A model generated the notes under the pieces. The model saw only the letters and a list, made by a program, of their open reading frames with translations, was not told where the DNA came from and ran no database searches. A stretch of 64,000 nt of DNA, taken from Tubulanus polymorphus (taxonomy: Eukaryota > Animalia > Nemertea). Shown in pieces: positions 53,831 through 64,000 of this stretch; within the stretch, counting starts at the first letter, position 1, and each line of letters starts with the position of its first letter. The stretch is from the NCBI RefSeq assembly GCF_964204645.1, contig NC_134032.1:682001-746000 (forward strand), in the 5' to 3' direction. Made by a program: the position numbers and the translations under genes.

Positions 53831-56800
53831 TTCCGTTGTTTAACTATGTCTTACCCATCAGCGCGTTTTTATATAGCACAAATTGTGTAAGTTGCGGAGT
53901 GCTGAGACTACCGCCGGCCGGTAGAGTCACGTACAGGGAGATCACTAGATAATGTTTATTCTGCCTCGGAGCCGGAGAGAAGACGATGTCACTCGCTGAG
54001 AAATTCCTATCCGAGAAGAAAATAGAGAAAGTTACGCACTTTTATTGAAAAATCCTGACAGGTCAACATGGTAATTAGTCAACCCACAGGCTCCCTACAG
54101 GCCAGTGGATATTAGGAGTTTATAGGGAATTTTAAAGGAAGAAGTTTCAAGAAATTACTGTAGACTTCTCCTAAATCGGTACTGTTTAAATCAATCATTC
54201 CTGGATATACAGACCAGTCTCATTCTTGGATATAAGGATTTTCATGGATATAAGGATTTTCATGGAGGTTGACAGGAGAAAATTTCAAATTTCCGAGGAA
54301 GCGTCTGCATCCCTTTCATATCCCAATTACTCCCAATTGACTTCTCCTAAATCAGTACTGTTTATCTCAGTAAACTATTAATTCAGTGGTTTTGTATGCA
54401 AGTTTTACCCTTTTCACTACTTAACTCTGTTTCTAAATCGGTAACTACCTAATTGGGTAAAAACAATCCTGATCCCAACTGCACTGATTTAGGCGTCTAG
54501 TCTACTGTACAACTGTGCAAACATTTATAATTGCTTATTTCTCAAAATTGGAGCTTAAATGTCCAAGTTTTGGGCATTTTGCACAAATCAAAGAATTTTC
54601 AAGCAACCTTTTTCTTTTAGAAAGGGTTTTTAAGGAATCAAGGAGCAGTAGGGCTATCGTCCGGAATCTACCAGGCGTCACAAGTGTGGCATGTATGAGG
54701 ACATCATGCTAACTCAGTGGCTCCACCTGTAGACTGTATCCCATACTATCAAACGATACTTACTTATAGAGAGTTAGATTATTGTTGATTCCGCAAGCGG
54801 CCGGGTTGTTACGACAATAACCGTTTAAATCAATCAGCAAAATATCCTTGAATCTGCTGGTCAACGGGGTCCACTAGCAGAAGAAAAAGAAACATCAATA
54901 TTATACAATTCTGGGGCCAGTTTCACAGTCGTGACTTAAGTCCAAAAGTGGTCTTAAATCTTAAGACTGGCCTTAAGTTGTTAGATTGGCTGTAGAACTA
55001 AGTTGGTCTTAGACTGGTCTTAAGTCTAAGTCATGACTATGCAACCGGCCCCCTGGGGTGCAGTTGCGGAAAAGTTGGTTAAAGATAACCAGCTGATAAA
55101 TACCATAGTAGGCCTAACTATGAACTTGTAATTGTCACTGTGTCATCTATCCACTGGATAAATCTAACCAACTTTTGGACAATTGCAGCCCCAGATAAAT
55201 ACCATAGTAACAATGAACTTGTAACTGTCACTTCATCAACTATCCACAAACAAATTTGTGAGCAACTGCAGCCCCCAGGGCCCGGTTTCACGAAAAAGTT
55301 TAAGCCTAAAACGGTTAAGTTTGAACTGTTGTCCTCATTGAAGATATGAAGTAACCAATGGCAATTACACCAAAAATTTGAGTTTAACTTCTTCGTGAAA
55401 CTGGGCACTGGAGCCAGTTCCACAGTTGTGAGTTAAGAGTTAACTCTTCAGTTATTTGAGTCAAATCTTAACTCGCAGCTGTGGAACTGGATCCTGATCT
55501 TTATCTTGACAAAAAGAAACAATGTCAGCGAAAAGATTAAGACCTTGTAATTGTCACTACATCAACTATCCACTGGTTAACTGTTGGCCTAACCAACCTT
55601 AGAGCAACTGGCTCCTGATTGCTTCGGCACAATATACAGGGACAATGTCCAATATACTACAGGAACTTGCCCTAATGCAGGTACTCGCCCCAATACAAGG
55701 ACTTGCCCCGATGCACTTGCCCAAAATAGACTTATCCAATACAAGGCCTTACCAATGATAATGAAGTACAGAGACGTGCCTATTAATTAAGACTTGCCCA
55801 AAACAGAGGGACGCGCGACTTGCCCCAAGGCCCAATATTTGGCAATAATAAAATGCACTTAAGATTTTGTTAGATTTGATTATTATAGGCCGAAAGCAAG
55901 ATCCCGCCCTCAGTGAAAAATACAAATTCTTAATCTAAGACAAATTAGTAGCAGCTGTTTGAAAAATTTACAAATACAAGTAACAAGGGTCAGGGATGGC
56001 TTTTTCATTTATTCAGCAGTATCTTTAACTCACTTGTGCTGGAGTCATCTGATAAAATTGCGTGGTAATCGTGTTCTGTAATCGTTCACCTGAAATTCGA
56101 ATAACAGTTCAACTAATTAGGCCATTAATTAGACTCATTTTAGAATAGAACGATCGTCGATCGACGGGAGACCGAGTAGTATCTTCTCTTACAAATCCTT
56201 TTAAAATCGCGGCTTACTTTCTAAAGTGGCTGATGTCAGACAAACCAAACAGGCGCCGATTAAAATTAGCTTCATCGGAAACATTTCCAGGCCGATTAAA
56301 TGCAGTTGTGATGGTTAAATGGAATGTTTAAATCGATTTGTTATCCTCCAGTAGCGGTTTCTGTTTACTTTCTCATTTGACAGCTGTCGCATAGGCGGCA
56401 GCACTGTACGGTGTTTATGCGGTTAAATCCTATTAGCGGGTTTAAGCTCAGCCGACACAGTTTCTAATCTTTATCAAATAATCTTAAGCCTTATTAGTCA
56501 ATCGAACTGATCCGGGCACTGATCTCATTCTGAAGGGTGAGTTAGTGCTGACGTATCCATTCCGACGACGTGTCGGTAAAGCATTTTACTTTTGAAATCT
56601 GAGGACGTTCTCGGGACACAGTCCGCGATGAGCGCCAACTACAACCAAAACTATACGATGAAACGATGGCCAAATTTAATGGGTCCAAGATACCCCAAAA
56701 CGCAATTCTAAAGATTGCAATGAAACCAAGCCTCAAACTTTTGGGTGAAGCTATGTGAAACATGCCCAAAAAATTGAGGACAGGGCCCAGTTTCACAAAA

Positions 56801-57154
56801 AAGTGAACTCAAATTTTTGGTGTAATTGCCAGTCTTTAATGAGGACAACAATTCAAACTTAACCGGTGACACTGGGCCCAGATCAAAATCCGAAATCATC
56901 GCAAAGGAACGAACACAAAATCAAACCGTTCTTATTTTCATCAAATAAAAAAACACATTTTTTATTCATATATAAAAGTATTTCATACATAAATAGCACC
57001 AAAATTCAAAGAACTGCCACGAAACTTCGACGCGCGATCTTCAGAGCCTCACCTGCCGCAGATGGTGTCTCCCTTAACGAACCGAACCAACCCATTCGTA
57101 TATTGAAAGTTCATATTTCTTAACAATAGAAACTGTTTATTAAAATAAGAAAAA

Positions 57155-59988
57155 CTACCAATCGTTTTCGTCGTCGGATGATTCAGTTTTCGAGTGAAAT
57201 ATCGAAGCAGACGACATGACGTCGCGAACTTGTTTACGCGGGTTCTCTTCGAGCGTCGTCTCGACGGCGCCCGTCTCCGATAGCAACCACTCCAACTCTA
57301 CAAAACAATCAACCATTTACACTTTAGAAACATCTCTTAATCTACTTGAATGTTTTATCTTCAGGGTCCAGTTCCACGGTTCTGAGTTAGGATTTGACTC
57401 ATTGAGTTAACTCATTGAAAATGAACAAACTTTAACTCTAACTGACAACTGCGGATTTGGGTTCTGTTTTACAATAACTTTATGATTATGAATCTTGTCT
57501 TAAAACTTTTTAATGAATATTTTCATCAGGAATTTCAATGTATTTTTTTCAGTTTACGGTAAACCTAAGTGAGACGCAGTTTAGTGCCGTCTACAAATAT
57601 TCACTACCCTATTAACACAGGGTGTGATCTAAGCACTTGTCCGATTGTTCGGGACAAGTATATTCTCATCAGGGCAAGTAGGTTATCATTATCACTTGTC
57701 CCCCGGGCTAGTGCAATTTTATGTCACAAAGCTTTTTCCCACTCGATGCAACGGATGATAGCGCCACCAATCGGACTGTCTGTGTAGGGCAAGTATTTTT
57801 AGGAAGGCAAGCGAAATTTCAGATATGCTTGCCACCCGGGCAATTGGCTTTCATTCCTTAGATCGGACTCTGCAGAGTCCTAGATTCAACATATGTAGTG
57901 CCGTCTATAAATACTTATTATTTTTATTCCTTATTGTTATTCATTATCATTATTATTATTCTTATTTTGCCCGAGGGATTGAAGCGATAAAATACGAACC
58001 GTCGACAGTTAGTTTCGTTGTTCCGATCGACAGCGGTCCGATGAACTGTTTCTTCATCTCGTTGTCGCGGTAAACGAAAATCGTCGGCAGATTTTTATCC
58101 GGATAATTCTGAATACAAACGTCCGCTTTGCCCTTCAGGAATTTCGTCGACGCGAACTTCTGAGCTAACTTCGATAGATGATTGTTCACTAATCTACACA
58201 GGGGTATCCTAGAAATAAAGAGAAATATCCTAGAAATACTAACATATCCTAGAAATGAGAGAAATATCCTAGAAATAATGAAATATCCTAGAAATACAGA
58301 AATATCCTAGAAAAAGATGAATTTTCTAGAAATAGATGAATTTTCTAGACATAGAGAAATATCCTAGAAATAGATGAATTTTCTTGAAATACAGACACAT
58401 CCTAGAAGAGATGAATATCCTAGAACTAGAAGTATCCCAGTAAAATTACAGACTATTTTTAGAAATACGGAACTAATTTAAATCTCTGTTCCTTCATCGG
58501 TCCAAACTTACGCGTCACTGTAGACATGGACGACGACCCAGATTCCATCTCCGGCTTTATTGACCTCGGTGACCCAGTCGGACTTTGAGATTTCCCGCAC
58601 GTCTCCGAATCGGCATTGATTCAACTTCTCCTTCATTTCTAGAATCCTCTGACGTCTGCCGAGAAAAAATAAATTATGCAAATTAATACAACAATCGAAA
58701 ATATGAAAATAATGGAGACCGTTTCAGAAATGGGTGTTGTTTTAGTGAATGGTTCTCTGAATTGGGAGTTTTTAAGACAATTTCGAAGGTCTAATCCTCG
58801 GAATGAAAACAAACATGTTTGATCTCGGGAACCATGTTTCATGTTTCACATAAAAACACACGACTGTACATGGAAACGCTCGGAAACATGTTTCTGTGTT
58901 TCCCTGCATCGTGTGCATCGGGATTAACAAACTTGTGAGGGACTGCTCCGACGCTCCTGAATGACATCTAGCTAGATACCAACCTGTATTCCTCGAACAT
59001 CCTTTCATCTTCATCGGAAATATCATCTTCATTTTCATTCAATTCGTTGAGATTCATTTCGCCGTAGTCTTTACCTGAAATCACCATCGATTAAACTGTT
59101 TAAAAACAAGGTAAAGGCCACGCACAATAGATGGCGCCATAATACACATAGGCCCTAGTGAAAATTGGTTCATTTTTGATGGAATATTGACGTAGTTGGT
59201 CTACTAAAAGGGGAGACATGGACTACACCAGAAAACGCAGCAGTCTACTCGAAAACATGGACACGGACTGCTTAAAAATACGGGCGCGGACTGCTTGAAA
59301 AGTTGGACATGGACTGATTAAAAACTTGGACAATGGTTTAATAAAAAGAAGAAAATGGACGCGGATACGGACAACTTGAAAACACGGATACGGACTGGTT
59401 TACACTGTAAATACCTGTAGTTTTATCTTGTATTGTCTGTTCGACCATTTTAACGACATCATCCTCGGTTATTTCCGGTTGTTCTTTATCAGGGATGATT
59501 CCTTTAGCTCGTAGTACGTCGTTCCACTGCGTGTCAGCGTTCGGGTCCTAAAATAAAATACACATCACCAGTCAATTTAAATATAATAATAGATGAATAA
59601 ACGTTTTCATGGGTTTGGGATAAATTGGGACTCGATATTCATTCAAATTTTTCAGTTTACTGAAAAGGTATCGTAAATAGAGGTGTAATAAATATTGATT
59701 GAATTGAACTTGAATTTCTAGTTCGATTCCTCAAGTTTTAATCAGAAATCATGACACTAAAGATTTTCATAGGTTAAAGACTGGTTGAGGCATTATTTAG
59801 ACCGAGCTATCAGTAATCAACCAACAACTTCAAAAGTGCCCTAATTTTGTCTAAATAAAATGATTGAATTGAACTTGAATGAGCCGGTTCGATTTATTCT
59901 TCGACTTTTTCTGTCATTTTCTAAAAAAATATCCGACTAAAACAAAGTGGAATTGAGGTGGATTATCGAATTCTTTGTTTACCTGCAT
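57155..59988 (-). CDS. PDCL3: Phosducin-like protein 3 / PhLP2 (VIAF) homolog; exons 59988-59983, 59547-59415, 59074-58984, 58655-58512, 58208-58000, 57297-57155 (241 aa)
   Basis: Spliced protein [21 protein letters not shown]...[30 protein letters not shown]...[16 protein letters not shown]...[12 protein letters not shown] matches the PhLP2 family signature; all junctions are in phase. Confidence 0.92.
58209..58440. repeat. Degenerate ~20-bp repeat (aatatcctagaaat) starting at the PDCL3 exon-5 acceptor
   Basis: About 11 copies of (c)ctagaaat. Confidence 0.8.
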
Positions 59989-60180
59989 TTTCAGTCGATT
60001 TCAACCGGTTTTGAGCGAGTAATCCTGATTAATTCGTCTAACTTCGAGAACGTCGGTGACTAATTGACTTACTTCCGGGATGCGTAATTGTGATTGCGCA
60101 TTGGATATAAAATGGCCGCTCGGAATCGACGCGATTTTCGTCGATTGTCGTCGGATTATTCGCTCTAATGACCGAGGTAA
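59989..60180. promoter_or_regulatory. Bidirectional promoter region between PDCL3 and the PHF20-like gene
   Basis: Divergent genes with ATGs ~450 bp apart. ETS-like ACTTCCGG (~60071), ATTGG (~60100), YY1-like AAAATGGCCGC (~60109) and a donor GAG|GTAAGA at 60176 for a putative non-coding first exon. Confidence 0.6.
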
Positions 60181-60446
60181 GAATCGCCGAAGCGGTCAGC
60201 GGTTCGATTCGACCGGATCGGATCGCTTGGCTCGGGATTCGAACCCGCTCGTCGATCCGGGGAACCCCTGCAACTGGGAAATCCCTTCTTTTTCACACTG
60301 GGCAATCCCTGCTGCCGTTTTCAATTACGTCATTGCCGATTAATTACGTCATTATTGTAAACAAAAACAAAGAAGCACGTGTTTTCATCTAATTCGGTTT
60401 AAATCGTCTGTTTGTTTTTAGGATGTGGAGATTGTTTGGATATAAA

Positions 60447-63400
60447 ATGTCTGAAAACACACCGATCCCCGATGACCCGACGACAATAACGACGACCGCG
60501 GAAACCTCCGCCGCAGACGACGCCAACAATGCGCCGAAACGAGTTACCGCGGCGAGAAGATCGTCCAGTAATTCGGACGCGATGCCGCCCCCGTGCTCCA
60601 CCTCGGCGGTCGCGTACGCGAAGAAGAATTTGCCGATACGTCCCGGAATCGTTTGGGCGATCGGGGCGCGACTCGAGATCATGGACGAATACGGAAAATG
60701 GTAAACACTCCCCGCAACCCTTTACCTAATAAAACGCTTCAGCGCAGCTTCACTTCAGTGCGGTGTATCAATCAGCAATAGAATCTGCTAGTACACTTTA
60801 TCGCTGTGTATTGATTAGACTAATATCTACTGAAAGATGGCAGCACCTGTCAAACACATCTACTACGCCACAGTGCGGTGTATAAAGCAGTGTTAGATTT
60901 GGCTAGTACACCGCACCACTGTGTATTGATGTCATTAGTTACTAGTCTTAAAGCTATTGAAACATGGCTGTAATGTCATTAGTTACTAGTCTTAAAGCTA
61001 TTGAAACATGGCAGCATCTTTAGAACACAGGTTCTACGCCGCAGTGCGGTGTACCAATCAGCAATAGACTTTGCTAGTACACCGCATCGCTGTGTATTAT
61101 TGATGTTTTTAGTAACTAGTCTTATAGCTTTTGAAAGATGGCAGCTATTGAAAGATGTTTCAAACAAACACGTCTACTACACCACAGTGCGGGGTATCAA
61201 TCGGTGATGCACTTTGATAGTACATCGCATAACGATGTGTTGATGTTATTAGCGACCAGCTTTTAATTCTATTGTAAGATGGCAGCACCTGCCTGTCATA
61301 CGTGAAATATATAGGCCCTATTAGTGACTAATGATACATCGCATCATAGCGTAGATGCCCTATAGCCGTATTCCAGTTAAACAACGCACTGGGGTGAAAT
61401 TTTTGAAGACTTTGAAGGCTAAGCACCGAAAGCTTAGCCGGTCATCATAATTTATACCTAATATATATGTTATATCTTTACCATTATCATTATGATCTTT
61501 ACCCTTATCATTATACACACCCTAATCATTATCATCATGATCAGTGGCCAGTTTTATAGACTGGTATCAACTTAAACCAGGGGGCTAACTTAATTCATTT
61601 TTCAATCGAGTTAACCCCTGGCTTGAAGTTAATACCAGTCTATAAACTGATCCCTGGCCTATAAAAGATCATCTGTACCATATTTCAACTTTTACTACTT
61701 TATCCTTATTCCTCACTTTGTCGTCCGTTAAATCTTTACCTCCCTTCAACAGGGCCCAGGGAACTAGGTCCTTAATTCCAGAGGATCGGTTGCATTTTAT
61801 TGTGTGAAACTTATATGGCGAATTTTGTTAAAATCTATCGCAGGTATTCGGGTAGAATCGCTGAAATGGACGAACGTAAGAAGCTAGTTCTAGTTCATTA
61901 CGACGGTTGGAACGTCAGATACAACGAGTGGTTAGAGATGGAAACAGAAATGATTCGACCTTTAATTCGACATTCGGATCGCAACGACGAGAAACAGGCG
62001 AAACAAATGGTGAGCGATTGATTTGAAACCAACAGGGGCAGTTTCGCAGTTGTGGCTTAGATATAAGATCAGTCTAAGCTCATTTTGTTTCTATAACCAA
62101 TCTAACAACTTAAGACCAGTCTAAGCTCATTTTGTTTCTATAACCAACCTAACAACTTAAGACCAGTCTAAGCTCATTTTGTTTCTATAACCAACCTAAC
62201 AACTTAAGACCAGTCTAAGCTCATTTTGGTTCTATAACCAATCTAACAACTTAAGACCAGTCTAAGAGCAACTTAGTTCTATAACCAATCTAACAACTAA
62301 AGACCAGTCTAAGACCAACTTAGTTCTATAACCAATCTAACAACTAAAGACCAGTCTAAGACCAACTTAGTTCTATAACCAATCTAACAACTAAAGACCA
62401 GTCTAAGCTCATTTTGGTTCTATGGCCAATCTAACAGCTTAAGACCAGTCTTTATATTTCACACCGCTCATTGAGCTGAAGTCACAAATACAAATGATAT
62501 GATCTATTTTTGTGCAGATTTTCAAAGTGGATGATGAAGTTTTGGGTAAATGGACCGACGGTAGATTCTACTCCGCTAAAATCATCGCTCTTCTCATGAA
62601 AGACGGTAAGAAGCTTATGACAATTTTTCTAATAGTCTGGATCCAGTCACACAGTTGTGAATAAGAGTTAACTCTGATTTCTGGACCCAGTTTCACGGTT
62701 GTGAGTTGAAGTTAAAGCCCTCGACTTGAAATTAGTTTATTTTCAATGAGTTAAATCTAGATTCACTTGGTCCGTATTTTCGAAATTGAAATTAAGATTT
62801 TTTCACAAAATTTTTTCAGAATTGTATGAAGTGCTGTTTGACGATGGGTTCACCAGAAAACTGTCTCCGACACAAGTGAAAGCCGCCGTTCCAACTTCTA
62901 AGAAGGTAAAATCTTAAGTTATAAAAGAAAATGAAATTTCAGTTTTATACAAATTGAGATCGTAAATTAGCAAATCTTTCGGGAAAGCGATAACGTTTCA
63001 ATGCGAATCAAGTTCATGATTTCCAAATCTTTTACATTTTCTGGTTTACGCAAACAATCTTCATAAATTTGCTTATCTTTCGGGAAAAGAACCATTTCTC
63101 TTTATATGCAAACGTTATGCAAATTATATGAATAAATTTGCATATATTTCAGAAAATCGTGTTCATAAATTTGCGTTTGTTTCAAATAAGTGATTTCTGT
63201 TTTATGCAAATTATATTCATAAATTTGCATACCTTTAAAAAAATAACTATCTCTCTTTTTATGCAAACCCTATGCAAATTATATGAATAAATTTGCATAT
63301 ATTTCAGAGAGTCGATTCGTCGGAGGCGAAAGAAAGCGATTATTTCGAAGGTTTAGATAAATCGGCAACCGTCACGAAGTCCGGACGAAAAGCGACGTTA

Positions 63401-64000
63401 ATAACGACGGCGTTGATGAAAGAACGTCGTCGGAGTTCGAATTCGAACGTCGGAGATAAACGCGAGCGTTCGCTGTCAACCGGATCGCAGCAGTCCGGCC
63501 GGTCACGTTCGCTGTCGAGGAGCTCCCTGCGGGAACGATGCGTATCGGGCGGTTCGGACGCGGTTGAACCGGCGCCATCTAGTGGCGGACTCGCGGATAT
63601 CGTCGACGGGAAAGCTTCGCTCGAGCGGGCGGAATGCAACGCGTCGAGTCCTTTAACCGAATCGGCGAACGAGATAAAGAAAGAGCAGACGGATGAGAGT
63701 ACGTCTGCCGAGAAGGTCACCACCGTGTCTCCGAAGAGCAAAAAGGTCAAGAAGAAACACAAAGACGGCCTGGATTTCGGAAAGAGCAAATCGTCGAAAA
63801 AGGCGACGAGCAACGACGAGGGCGGCTCCGGAGAGAAGAAGAAGAGATCGTCGGACGCGGGATCGAGCGAGAAAAAGAAGAAGAAAGAGCGACGATCGAG
63901 CGAAAAGAAAGAGAGACGACGCAAGTCGGGCGATCGACACCACAGTACGAAAGAAAAAATGTCACCCGTGAAAAGCGGCGTAAAAACGGCGTTGAAGTTC
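60447..64000 (+). CDS. PHF20L1: PHF20/PHF20L1 (MBD-R2)-like protein, 5' part with two Tudor domains; exons 60447(or 60423)-60700, 61844-62009, 62518-62605, 62820-62905, 63308->64000
   Basis: PIRPGIVWAIGARLEIMDEYGKW|YSGRI...LVHYDGWNVRYNEW and FKVDDEVLGKWTDGRFYSAKI...YEVLFDDG match the PHF20-family Tudor pair. Junctions are in phase and the last exon is open to the window end. PHF20 vs PHF20L1 cannot be resolved. Confidence 0.85.
62065..62450. repeat. 46-47-bp tandem repeat, ~8 copies, amplified from the interior of a MITE seen at ~54911-55055
   Basis: Unit aagaccagtctaagaccaacttagttctataaccaatctaacaactt matches the reverse complement of ~54960-55020. Confidence 0.85.

Noticed and set aside
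63340-63971. ORFs of 68-194 aa on the minus strand and in an alternative plus frame
   Set aside because: They overlap the open Lys/Ser-rich PHF20-like exon starting at 63308 and are low-complexity shadows of it.

Overview
Eukaryotic (metazoan, probably invertebrate) genomic DNA with GT-AG introns. The left half (1 to ~30,180) is a head-to-tail array of ~4.32-4.43 kb units, probably continuing left of the window. It carries seven intact minus-strand copies of one uncharacterised two-exon gene (~625-655 aa when spliced). Each protein has a near-invariant N-terminal alpha/beta domain, a coiled-coil stalk with 3-5 copies of a 13-aa repeat resembling beta-layer (alpha/beta) trimeric coiled coils, and a C-terminal NHL-like beta-propeller. 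The predicted ligand-face loops of the propeller are hypervariable and shuffled between copies, while spacers and introns are almost identical. This resembles a diversifying intracellular recognition-receptor cluster. The array ends at a 43-bp minisatellite that is an amplified version of a motif present once upstream of every other copy. The right half holds a 7-exon BTB-BACK-Kelch gene (-), an orphan single-pass membrane protein with PPxY motifs (-), PDCL3/PhLP2 (-), and the 5' part of a PHF20/PHF20L1-like gene (+) that shares a bidirectional promoter with PDCL3. It also contains many MITEs, MITE-derived satellites and two small clusters of 167-nt repeats carrying Penelope/retrozyme-type minimal hammerhead ribozyme motifs. 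All gene models and family calls were made by eye, without database searches.
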